Source: Candidatus Woesearchaeota archaeon
Lineage (GTDB): Archaea > Nanobdellota > Nanobdellia > Woesearchaeales > UBA10216
Length of the DNA: 64,000 nt
Direction: 5' to 3'
Assembly (NCBI GenBank): GCA_016180065.1
Contig: JACPBY010000001.1
Location: 30,633-94,632, forward strand
Shown here: positions 9,931 to 18,895 of the stretch, piece by piece
Layout of the letters: the number at the start of each line of letters is the position of its first letter
How positions within the stretch are numbered: the first letter of the stretch is position 1
Notes under the pieces: generated by a model
Seen by the model: the letters and a program-made list of their open reading frames with translations, nothing else
Databases searched by the model: none
What the model was told of the DNA's origin: nothing
Program-made: the position numbers and the translations under genes

Positions 9931-10070
9931 ATTGAAAAGTTCATGATACTCAGCCAGCTTCGGTCAGCTTAACGCTGACTTCGCTAGCCTCCCTTCAGGA
10001 ACCGAGGGGAGGACTAATGAACCGTTTGCGGTAGCAACGGCGAAGCTGGCTTAACGATGAACTTTTCAAT
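9931..10070 (+). ncRNA. Candidate structured RNA (14-bp terminal stem plus four-way junction)
   Basis: Five nested helices traced by hand; TATAAA at 9905-9910 lies ~25 nt upstream; a G-U pair favours the + strand. Confidence 0.6.
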
Positions 10071-10165
10071 AACGCCCATTGCTTTGGAACTCCTCATTGG
10101 ACACTGGACATCCCTCCGGCGAACGTATTTAAATCAACGTGCCTTCTGCACTGCCAAAGTCTAAC

Positions 10166-11026
10166 ATGGCAGAAGTCATTGAGGAGGACATTGAAGCAGC
10201 AAAATGCAAAGAAGAGCAGGGCATAGACTGCAAGCAGAACACTATGGTCTCAGTCACAGATATCACTTCTTACATGTACTGCCCCAGGACGCTTTATGTG
10301 CGAAAAGTGCTGGGCTATGAAGAACCACCCAACAAGGCCATGGTCCTCGGCTCAATAAGGCACAGTTTCTACGACCTTGCAAACAAGCACGAAGAAAGAA
10401 TCGTTGCCAGGATGCCTTCAGGGTTCACGAGAGAAGAAATCATCGCGGCTTACTTGGAGACATACCAAAACCTTCTCAGGGTTGCGGCCGTAAACAGAGC
10501 CAACTCTCTTGCGCAGTTTGACCTTGACCCTTTTTCTGTCATTTCCGAGCTTAAGCCCGCAGCCATTGCAGAGGCGAAAGAGAGAGCAGAAAACGTCTTC
10601 AGCTTCGCATCCCGGCAGAACATTTTTGGCGAGGAGCTATGGCAGGAGCTGAGCCCCAAGATACTTTCAGAGCTTAAAATAAAGTCGGCAGCCCTGAGGC
10701 TCAAAGGCGTTGTTGACAAGGTGGAGCTTTACAAAGATGCCCTGCTGCCCATAGAGCTCAAAACCGGCAAGATGGCAAGAGATGGAGTCTGGCCAGGCCA
10801 CAGAATCCAAGTGGCCGCCTACATGATGATGCTTCAGGAAAAGTTTGGCATGCCAGTTACAAAAGCAGTTATCAACTACCTGGACCACAACTGCACAAGG
10901 ACTGTTGTAATGAACCCCTACATGGGGCTGGAGGTCAAAAGGCTGACAGAAGACGTAATCCGGCTTCTAAACAGCAGAACAACCCCTAAGCCGTGCGGGA
11001 GGGAAAGGTGTGCGTGTGAGAGCTGA
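10166..11026 (+). CDS. Solo Cas4-like PD-(D/E)XK nuclease with Fe-S cysteines
   Basis: YMYCPR, G...H, LKGVVD, ELKTG, QVAAY, C-terminal CGRERCAC; no CRISPR array or other cas genes in the window. Confidence 0.85.
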   Translation: MAEVIEEDIEAAKCKEEQGIDCKQNTMVSVTDITSYMYCPRTLYVRKVLGYEEPPNKAMVLGSIRHSFYDLANKHEERIVARMPSGFTREEIIAAYLETYQNLLRVAAVNRANSLAQFDLDPFSVISELKPAAIAEAKERAENVFSFASRQNIFGEELWQELSPKILSELKIKSAALRLKGVVDKVELYKDALLPIELKTGKMARDGVWPGHRIQVAAYMMMLQEKFGMPVTKAVINYLDHNCTRTVVMNPYMGLEVKRLTEDVIRLLNSRTTPKPCGRERCACES

Positions 11027-11035
11027 GTGGGGAAC

Positions 11036-12184
11036 TCACCGTTTCAGGTAAACCTTTCTTGCAGGCCAGCTTATCTCAATGCCTTCCTTTTCGTAAGCCT
11101 TGGCCAGCCTTTTAATGAACTCGTGCAGAACAACATACTTCGCAACAGGCTCGCCAACCCTCAGGACTACTGAGAAATTGATGTTGGAATCCCCAAATTC
11201 GTTAAACCTGATGAATGGCTCAAAGTCCCTTGCAGCGCCATTAACAGCCTGCTGAACGTCCTTTGCAGTTTTTACAGTGACTCTTTCAACCTTTTCCAAG
11301 TCACTGCCGTAAGCAACCCCACACTTGACAAAAAAGCTTGTTTCCTGCGAAGGAAGGTAGTAGTTTGTTATCACGCTCTGCGCCAGCTTGCTGTTCGGAA
11401 TCACTATCACGTTATTGGGAAGAGTCCTGACCTTGGTAGAGCGCCAGCCAATTTCCTCAACATATCCGTCCTCGCCGTTTTCAAGCCTGATAAAGTCTCC
11501 GGTCCTGACAGGCCTGTCAGCCATAATGTAAATCCCGGCAAAGAAGTTGGCCAAGGTGTCCTGCAAGGCCAGGGCAACAGCCAGGCTGGCAACGCCAACG
11601 CTTGCAACCAAAGCGGTTACCTTGACATTCATCTGGTCAAGAAGGCCTATAACTGCTATGACATAGATAAAAACAGTGGCAGCTCTCCCTGCCAAGGGCA
11701 GGAAGTGCCTGGCAACCTCAGACTCCGCCCCGGTTCGCTTCTTAAGCTGCCAGCCTATCAGGGCAGCCGTAATCCTGGAAGCGGCATAAGCAATCAATAG
11801 TATTATAGATGCCTTGTAAAGCCTTCCCAGAAAGTCAGCATAAGCCGCCAAGGCATTAATCTGAAGCAGTGAAACATACGTGCCTGTAAAAAGAGCAAGA
11901 ACATACATCGGCTTTTTCAGGGCAGCGACAATTGCATCGTCAAGCTCAGTCCCTGTCCTCTTTGCGAAGGTAGCGAGGTAAAAATTCATGAGAAAATGGA
12001 TAAAAAAAGCCAAAACCAGAAACGCGCCAAGCGTCATGGCAGCTGTCATGAGGTCACCATACGGCAAGGCAGATATGGCTCCAAGAGAAGGCAAGCCGGC
12101 AATTGCCCTAAAAAGGTTTCCCTGCAAAATTGGCATAGTGCAAGGGAAAAACAGCACTTTTTTATGCTTTTCTGTCCCAATCAA
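11036..12184 (-). CDS. mscS: MscS-family mechanosensitive channel (start uncertain)
   Basis: ALALQDTLANFFAG, GD.I, G.VEEIGWRST, IPNS.L, FGDSNINF. Confidence 0.92.
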   Translation of the reverse strand: MIGTEKHKKVLFFPCTMPILQGNLFRAIAGLPSLGAISALPYGDLMTAAMTLGAFLVLAFFIHFLMNFYLATFAKRTGTELDDAIVAALKKPMYVLALFTGTYVSLLQINALAAYADFLGRLYKASIILLIAYAASRITAALIGWQLKKRTGAESEVARHFLPLAGRAATVFIYVIAVIGLLDQMNVKVTALVASVGVASLAVALALQDTLANFFAGIYIMADRPVRTGDFIRLENGEDGYVEEIGWRSTKVRTLPNNVIVIPNSKLAQSVITNYYLPSQETSFFVKCGVAYGSDLEKVERVTVKTAKDVQQAVNGAARDFEPFIRFNEFGDSNINFSVVLRVGEPVAKYVVLHEFIKRLAKAYEKEGIEISWPARKVYLKR

Positions 12185-12291
12185 GACAATTCCACAACAT
12201 TTAAATATAAGCTATGCCCCTGAAAAAAGCAATTTCATTAGCATTATGCAATAGTAACTATCTCATTGACAAGAGGGTTGGGTGTGTCTTG

Positions 12292-12555
12292 ATGGCTGAA
12301 GAAGACAAAAAGTTTTCTAGGCAGATTATCGGAAAAATTGTTGTAAGCAAGTCCGGCAAAAGATTTGGAGAGGTCGCGGACATAGTGTTTGAGACAAAAA
12401 CAGGGGAGCTCATACACCTGGTCCTTGCCAACCCAACACCCTACATTCAGAAGCTTGAGCTGGAAAGAGATGGAGAAGGCAACATTCTCATACCATTCAG
12501 CGCAGTGATGGCGATGGGGGACTTTCTCGTTATTTCTGAAGAAGACATTGTTTAA
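12292..12555 (+). CDS. PRC-barrel domain protein (CdpB-like cell-division family candidate)
   Basis: IIGKIVVSKSGKRFGEVADIVFE...IPFSAV.AMGDFLVI. Confidence 0.85.
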   Translation: MAEEDKKFSRQIIGKIVVSKSGKRFGEVADIVFETKTGELIHLVLANPTPYIQKLELERDGEGNILIPFSAVMAMGDFLVISEEDIV

Positions 12556-12609
12556 ATGGCTCCATTAATGCATAAACATTTCTTTTTGGGCAGCTTCAGG
12601 CTTTGCTTT

Positions 12610-13899
12610 TCACCGCAGCAGCCATTTCCAGAGAGGGATAAGCTTCACATTTTTTCCTTTGATTTTTTCTTCCCCCTCTTCGCTGTTTGTTATAATGGAC
12701 AGGTTGCTGCATTTCAGCTCTTTTGACGCCTTCAGCAAGGATGCAATCTCCCTTTCCCGCGTTCTGGTATCCTCGAGGGAAAATGCCACTTGCAGCAGCT
12801 CTTTAACCCTGCCTTTTTCCAGAACAACAAAATCAACCTCTTTCCCGTCAGCAGACTTGTAGTAATAAACTTCCTTGTCCCTTCTTAAATGCTCTATGAA
12901 AACAAGGTTTTCCATGAGAGTCCCATCGCCGCTTATGCCATTAGCAGTCAATATGCCATTGTCTACAAGGTAAATTTTTGGCAGGGACAGCTCTGCATTC
13001 CTGTATGAGTATGAGAATTTCCGCAAGGGAAAAACGAAAAACACATCATTCAGGGCGTCAACATAGTTATAGAGGGAATTCTTGCCCGCTCTCAAACCAG
13101 CCGACTTGGTAAAATTATAAAATTTATGCACAGAAAATTCTTTGGCAGCCGAGCTTATCAAGGACTTTATCAGGAGCTTGAGCAGCTTTATGTTCCTTAT
13201 CTTATATCTTTCAATCACGTCCCTGAAGATTGTAGTCTCAAAAATATCCGCCAGCAGCTTTTCCTTCTCTTTCGGGTATATGATGACTTCAGGATAGCCG
13301 CCTCCCACCATATACATATTTAGCCTGTTAATGACTTCCGCCTTTTCAGCTGAAGAAAGATACCTGCCCGTTTTTACCTTATTCGCAGAAAGGTAGTCCG
13401 CAAATGAAAAAGGCAGCATTTTGTATGGTACTGCTCTTCCCCTCATTGCTGTCGCTATTTCCCTGCTTAAGAGCTTTGAAGAGGAGCCTGAAATAAATAC
13501 CTGCACGTTTTCGGAATCGATTACAGCCCTGACGAACTTCTCCCAGTTTTCAACATTCTGTATTTCGTCAAGAAAAAGCCACACCTTCACGAGCCTGTTT
13601 TTTGGGCATATCTCGTAAAAGGTTTCCATCAGGCTATCCAAATCCCGGCTGCTGCAGCCCTCCAGGTCTGACCTTTCAAAATTTATGTACGCCACCCTTT
13701 CCATGCTTGCATGTTTCAAGATACTGCTTATCACCTGAAACATGGCATAAGTCTTGCCCGCTCTTCTTGGCCCTATTATGGAGATAGCCCTTTTCAAAGG
13801 CACTTCTTCAGGAATGGAAATTTCCCTTTCAACCAGTTCAGGCACGCCTTTCGCGTGAAAGTCCCTTATTGCCTCCGCCCACTTTTCTTTCGGTATCAT
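12610..13899 (-). CDS. AAA_14 ATPase with DUF4143 domain
   Basis: GPRRAGKT, LFLDEIQ, SGSSS, GGYPE, KIYLVDNG, EVDFV. Confidence 0.9.
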   Translation of the reverse strand: MIPKEKWAEAIRDFHAKGVPELVEREISIPEEVPLKRAISIIGPRRAGKTYAMFQVISSILKHASMERVAYINFERSDLEGCSSRDLDSLMETFYEICPKNRLVKVWLFLDEIQNVENWEKFVRAVIDSENVQVFISGSSSKLLSREIATAMRGRAVPYKMLPFSFADYLSANKVKTGRYLSSAEKAEVINRLNMYMVGGGYPEVIIYPKEKEKLLADIFETTIFRDVIERYKIRNIKLLKLLIKSLISSAAKEFSVHKFYNFTKSAGLRAGKNSLYNYVDALNDVFFVFPLRKFSYSYRNAELSLPKIYLVDNGILTANGISGDGTLMENLVFIEHLRRDKEVYYYKSADGKEVDFVVLEKGRVKELLQVAFSLEDTRTREREIASLLKASKELKCSNLSIITNSEEGEEKIKGKNVKLIPLWKWLLR

Positions 13900-14047
13900 A
13901 AGGGATTATATAGAAAGAAACTATTTATAAATGTTTCCCTTCGTAAAGACCTAATGCTTGAAAACCCCAGTTGCCGCCCTCTTGCCTGGCTGTGAGGCCC
14001 CGTTTTTTTGCAAAACTTTATATTAGCCCCAGCTTCCTGCAACCAGC

Positions 14048-15007
14048 ATGGACAGCGCTTTGTGGGCGGAAAAATACAGGCCGTCAGACTTCACAGAAGT
14101 TATTGGCCAGGAAGAGATAGTGAAAAGAATAAGGGCTTTTGTGAAGCACCAGAACCTCCCCCATCTCATATTCTCAGGCCCGCCCGGCGTTGGCAAGACA
14201 TCAACAGCCATTGTAATAGCAAAGCAGCTTTACGGCGAAAACTGGCGGCAGAACATCATTGAATTAAACGCGAGTGATGAAAGGGGTATTGACGTTGTAA
14301 GAACCAAGGTCAAGGATTTTGCAAGGACAAAATCAATTGGCGAAGTGCCATTCAAAATCTGCATCCTTGACGAGTCAGACTCACTCACAAGAGAGGCACA
14401 GCAGGCTTTGCGCAGGACAATGGAGAATTACACAGCAACGTGCAGGTTCATTCTGCTCGCGAACTACTCCTCAAAGATAATAGAGCCAATACAGAGCAGG
14501 TGCGCGGTTTTCAGGTTCAAGCCCCTGTCAGAAGAGGAAGTGATGAAAATAATTGACAAAGTAGCTTCTGCAGAAAAACTTGTTGTTGACGGAAAAGCCA
14601 GAAAGGCGCTTGTTGAAGCATCTGAAGGCGACTGCAGGAAGCTGGAAAACATGCTCCAGAGCTGCGCAGTGCTGTCGCCAAACGTGACAGAAGACCTTAT
14701 CTACTCCGTGGCCAGTGCAGTAAGGCCAAAAGAGGTTAAAGAAGTAATAAGCCTGGCATTCTCAGGCAATTTCCAAAAAGCCAGGGACAAGCTGCTTGAA
14801 ACCATGCTTGCCCACGGCCTGTCAGGGCTGGACATCATAAAACAGCTTCAGAAAGAGCTTCTTGAAGCGAAAACCGAGCCAAAAAATAAGCTGCTGCTAA
14901 TAGAGAAATGCGGCGAGATAGAATTCAGGATGAGCGAAGGGGCTGACGAGTTCGTCCAGCTTGAAGCACTGTTAAGCCAGATTGCGCTTGCCGGAACAAA
15001 AGCCTGA
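14048..15007 (+). CDS. rfcS: Replication factor C small subunit
   Basis: WAEKYRP, GPPGVGKT, ELNASDERG, LDESD, QSRC. Confidence 0.97.
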   Translation: MDSALWAEKYRPSDFTEVIGQEEIVKRIRAFVKHQNLPHLIFSGPPGVGKTSTAIVIAKQLYGENWRQNIIELNASDERGIDVVRTKVKDFARTKSIGEVPFKICILDESDSLTREAQQALRRTMENYTATCRFILLANYSSKIIEPIQSRCAVFRFKPLSEEEVMKIIDKVASAEKLVVDGKARKALVEASEGDCRKLENMLQSCAVLSPNVTEDLIYSVASAVRPKEVKEVISLAFSGNFQKARDKLLETMLAHGLSGLDIIKQLQKELLEAKTEPKNKLLLIEKCGEIEFRMSEGADEFVQLEALLSQIALAGTKA

Positions 15008-15073
15008 ACAGGCCCTTCAAAATAGCAAATATTATATACCTTTTGCTCCAGAAACGAAGCTCATTCCAGGGAA

Positions 15074-17458
15074 ATGGCCATGAAAAAAGAGGGGAACAAC
15101 AGAAGAACGGGAGAGATAGCAGGCTATCATGGGCTTAGTGCAGGCATTGAAAACCTGCCATCGCAACTTCTCAAGCTCAAGCCAGCATACGACGGGCTGA
15201 TAAACAGCCTCACAGAACAGCTTTCACGGAAAACAAAAGAGATAGAGCGGATAAGGGACTACACAACCCAACTCGAGGAAGGGGAGAAAGGCCTTGTGCA
15301 GGAACTGACACAGCAGCTTACGCTAAAAGATGAGGAGATAAGCAGGATAGCGTCGCTTTACGCGAAAAAAGAAGCCGAAAACAGAAAGCTGTCTTCAGTT
15401 CTCGAAGCCCAACTGGCATCACAGAAAGTTCATGCCGACAGAATCAAAACCCTCCTGGTGAGGAAAGAGGAAGAAACTGCAAGGCTCGTGGAAAGCCTCA
15501 GAAAAGAGCTTGAGCGGAAAGGCACGGAAATCGCATCGCTAAGGGGCATACTCATTGCCAAAGGCCAGACCGCAGCAGCCAGCATAAGCTTCCCAGACGT
15601 GAGTTCCTACTCAAGGCAAACTGAGGCAATGCAAAGGCAACTCTCAAGCAAAGACCTTGAACTCAAAAAGCTTGAACAGATGCTTCTGGAAGAGCAAAGG
15701 CTGGGCAAATCAGTGCAGGCAAGGCTCAAGGAGCAGCTAACACAATCAACAGCCATGGTTGAAGAGCTGAAATCCTTCATCATTGAAAAAGAAAAGCTGG
15801 CACAAAACCTTGAATCGGCATTTGAAAAAAGGCTTGCAGCAAAAGAAGATGAAGCCAGGAGAATAAGAAGCCTTTTCGCAGCAAAGCCAGAAACAAGGCT
15901 GCACAAAGAGCTGGATGGGCTGAAGTCAGAGCTCCAGATAAAGGAAGAAACCTCCAGGCTGGCAGCAGAGGAAATTGCAAAGCTAAAAGAGCAGCTTGGA
16001 ATGCTGAGGAAAAGGCTTGACGAAAGGCAGAAAATGTTCTTTGAAAGCGAAAGGTCATATGAAGAGCTGATAGTCAAGCTCAGGGAGCAGCACGAAACCA
16101 GAATCAAGACCCTGATTCACGAGGCTTCACAAAAGGAAGCAGTGCTAAAATCAGCAATTGAAGAAGAAAAGGTGAAGCTCCACAGGGAAACAGCCATGAT
16201 GAAGGAAAAAGAAAACCAAGTAGAAGATGCGCTTCAGGCATTCGCAAGGACATCCCAACAGCTGATACGGCTGGGTGAGGCTGCCACGCTTAGCGAGCCC
16301 GAAGCAGGCGTCATGGTTGCCAGCCTGAAGCAGAAGGAGAAAGAGCTTGAAGAAAAAGAAAACCAGATGCTGGAGGAAAAGAAGCTCGCAGAAGAACAGC
16401 TTGGGAAAGAAAAGGAGCTTGCCGAACAGCAATTGGAAGAAGAGCGAAAAAACGCAGAGGAACGGCTTGAGCAGGAAAAGAAGCACATGGAAGAAAGGTC
16501 AAAATACATCCACTCCAAAGAAGCCGAACTGAAAAAAATGCTGGCAGAAACAGAAGCCAAAATTGCAGAGCTGAAAAGCAAAGAAACAGAAATCGAAAGG
16601 AAAGAAGCAACAATGGCGAGAAAGGAACAACTTCTCCTGAAAGAACAGGAAGCGCTGAGCAAAGAGCTGGACGTGCTAACCAACGCAGGCATAGAAATCA
16701 CAAGGTCAAAAAACTACATCAAGCAAAAGATTGAGCAGTTTACAAGCCTTGAAATTCAGCCACAGCAGGCAAAGCAACAGCCAACGATAAACGCGCCAGA
16801 AACGCCACAGCCAAAAACACCTTCAACACAACAGTTAAGCTTCGGAGAGCTTGGAGGCAGCGAAGCCCAGATGGCTGAGGAAGAGGAAAACCTGGGCACA
16901 CCAAAGTTTGACGGCATAACCTCTGCGGAAACAGAAGTCAGGGCAGCCCCTGCCGAATTGGGAAATGAAGAAGAAGCAATAACACCTGCAGCTGCCAAAA
17001 CAAAGCAAAAAGAATCCGCAATTAAGCTCAAAACAGGCAAAGCCAAGGCAGCAGCAATAAGGCAGAAAAAAACAAAGACAAAAGCAGCACCCAAGAAAAC
17101 AAGCAGGCTGAAAAAATCCAGGCTCACTGTTAAAACAAATGCAATAAAAACAAAGCTGATTCAGAAGAAACCGCTAAAAACTGCTTTTAAGCAACAACCA
17201 AAGAAAATCGTTGCAGCAGCTGCCGCCGTAGCAGGAGAGCCCGGGAAAGGCCTCGCTGCAGAAGAGATGCACGGAAAGCCCGGCCAGGAGCTCTTCACAG
17301 AGCTAGGAGGCTATTCAGAGCTGGATGAGATAAAATCAGTAGTGGACGTGGGCATGCAGCACGGCGACAGCATAGAACAGATAAGGCAAAGCCTCATATC
17401 ATCAGGATACTCAAAACAAAACATTGAAAAAGCTCTGGAAAACATCAAGAAAGGATAA
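15074..17458 (+). CDS. Long coiled-coil protein with Lys-rich tail and small C-terminal helical domain
   Basis: ~530 aa of E/K/L heptads; C-terminal GDSIEQIRQSLISSGYSKQNIEKAL. Confidence 0.8.
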   Translation: MAMKKEGNNRRTGEIAGYHGLSAGIENLPSQLLKLKPAYDGLINSLTEQLSRKTKEIERIRDYTTQLEEGEKGLVQELTQQLTLKDEEISRIASLYAKKEAENRKLSSVLEAQLASQKVHADRIKTLLVRKEEETARLVESLRKELERKGTEIASLRGILIAKGQTAAASISFPDVSSYSRQTEAMQRQLSSKDLELKKLEQMLLEEQRLGKSVQARLKEQLTQSTAMVEELKSFIIEKEKLAQNLESAFEKRLAAKEDEARRIRSLFAAKPETRLHKELDGLKSELQIKEETSRLAAEEIAKLKEQLGMLRKRLDERQKMFFESERSYEELIVKLREQHETRIKTLIHEASQKEAVLKSAIEEEKVKLHRETAMMKEKENQVEDALQAFARTSQQLIRLGEAATLSEPEAGVMVASLKQKEKELEEKENQMLEEKKLAEEQLGKEKELAEQQLEEERKNAEERLEQEKKHMEERSKYIHSKEAELKKMLAETEAKIAELKSKETEIERKEATMARKEQLLLKEQEALSKELDVLTNAGIEITRSKNYIKQKIEQFTSLEIQPQQAKQQPTINAPETPQPKTPSTQQLSFGELGGSEAQMAEEEENLGTPKFDGITSAETEVRAAPAELGNEEEAITPAAAKTKQKESAIKLKTGKAKAAAIRQKKTKTKAAPKKTSRLKKSRLTVKTNAIKTKLIQKKPLKTAFKQQPKKIVAAAAAVAGEPGKGLAAEEMHGKPGQELFTELGGYSELDEIKSVVDVGMQHGDSIEQIRQSLISSGYSKQNIEKALENIKKG
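16374..16505 (+). repeat. Degenerate 33-bp (11-aa) tandem repeat, ~4 copies
   Basis: EEKKLAEEQLG / KEKELAEQQLE / EERKNAEERLE / QEKKHMEERSK. Confidence 0.65.
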
Positions 17459-17486
17459 CCTGTTTCAGAAAAACCATTCTCAACTA

Positions 17487-18860
17487 TCAGGACCTGGCGC
17501 CGCACTTGCCTGTCCACTGACCGACACCAGCCTGGCAAACCTCCACGTTCCCACTGCCGCAATCCTTAACCTGGCCGACCAAGCATAGTGGAGGAACTGG
17601 CGGAAGAGGCGGTATCGCTGCGGTGCATCCTGCAGGGTAATAGTTCCATTTGAGAGAGCCGCAGTTGCAGGTGAGTGCAACAGAGTCCCACTGGCCACCA
17701 GAGCTTGTGCATTTGCCCATGACATCACTGTAGCGCGGGTTGGTATTAGGATTTGATGCTTGCTGCTGTTGCTGTGCCCCTCCTTGCTGACCGTCCGCCT
17801 GGCCGCCGGTGTCAGGCTCGCCAAGCAGGTGCTTCACAAGAATCTTGGTGTTTCTAGAGACAAGGTAGTTGTAATCAAGCTTCAGGTCAACCTTCTTTAC
17901 AGCATCTTCATTGGCAGTAGCCTGAATGCACGAGAACGTGCCCTCCCCCCCACTAAGCCTGAGATAGCCCGTGAATTTTCCAGTAGGATCTGCTGTCCCG
18001 CCCGTCAAGCCGCTGCATGATATGCCCGGCATGCCCGTAATGACGCCGACAAGAACCTGGTCCTGCTTTGAAAACTGGGTTTTGTCACATTCTGTTACAG
18101 GTATAGTTTTATCAACCTTAAACACGCTGCCGCTACCAACATTTTTTACATTAAAAGTGAGCAAAACCTTGTTCCTGCCGCCAACACTTTCCTTAACCGA
18201 AGTAACGTGAACAGGCGCACCGGAACTAAACACCTGCTTCTGCTCAGCTATCTGGCAAACGCCGGAAACGCGCTTTGTAGCATCAGCCCTTATGCACACA
18301 TCAGTGGCAGCCTTGGTCTGGTAAGTGTAGCAAAGGTCAGCCTGTATTGGGAACTCGTTATTGCCCTGAAGCTGCCTCTGGTACGCCAGGTTGGTAAACT
18401 GAACATCTGCAACCGAGCCAGGTATTTTATTGCCGTCAGGGTCTTTCTTAACGCCGTCAAGGGAGCTCTCAGGATTCTTGCCCTTCAGCAAAACCTCCTG
18501 CCCATCCACGTTTACCGTGACGACTTTCCCGCCAGCCGTAGTAGTTTTCAGAAAGTCACTTGCTGAAATGCCGCTTATGGTAATATGCGACCCTGCTTTT
18601 TGCACATCTGATTCCCCGATGTTTTCCATCAGCATGATAATGTCAAACGTGTTGACAGGCTTGCCGCCACTCATTTGCGCATCAGTAACCTCTGAAGGAG
18701 GAGAGTTCTCGGCAAACTTCATGGTCAGGCCTTCTGTGCCGCCAATAAAAGGAGTTGTGTCAGAAGATGCTGGCCCCTTGCCGCCGCCCTTGCAGCCGGC
18801 AACAGCCAAGGCAATTGCAATCAAAAGAACAGCTAAAACCCCTTTTCGCATTTCAATCAC
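17487..18860 (-). CDS. Secreted lipoprotein-like surface protein with Cys-rich C-terminus
   Basis: Lipobox-like LAVAGC; CYTYQTKA..VC, GAPV and LDYNY motifs shared with 20495-21730. Confidence 0.8.
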   Translation of the reverse strand: MIEMRKGVLAVLLIAIALAVAGCKGGGKGPASSDTTPFIGGTEGLTMKFAENSPPSEVTDAQMSGGKPVNTFDIIMLMENIGESDVQKAGSHITISGISASDFLKTTTAGGKVVTVNVDGQEVLLKGKNPESSLDGVKKDPDGNKIPGSVADVQFTNLAYQRQLQGNNEFPIQADLCYTYQTKAATDVCIRADATKRVSGVCQIAEQKQVFSSGAPVHVTSVKESVGGRNKVLLTFNVKNVGSGSVFKVDKTIPVTECDKTQFSKQDQVLVGVITGMPGISCSGLTGGTADPTGKFTGYLRLSGGEGTFSCIQATANEDAVKKVDLKLDYNYLVSRNTKILVKHLLGEPDTGGQADGQQGGAQQQQQASNPNTNPRYSDVMGKCTSSGGQWDSVALTCNCGSLKWNYYPAGCTAAIPPLPPVPPLCLVGQVKDCGSGNVEVCQAGVGQWTGKCGARS

Positions 18861-18895
18861 AACTTAAAACTGGAGACAGGCGTATTTAAATGTTT

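Noticed and set aside
9931..10070. tRNA gene, SRP RNA, RNase P RNA, hammerhead or T-box
   Set aside because: No TTCRA T-loop, SRP helix-8 motif, GAGGAAAGUCC, CUGAnGA/GAAA core or UGGN antiterminator bulge seen.
9920..11035. CRISPR-Cas locus around the Cas4-like gene
   Set aside because: No repeat-spacer array and no cas1, cas2 or effector genes are visible in the window.
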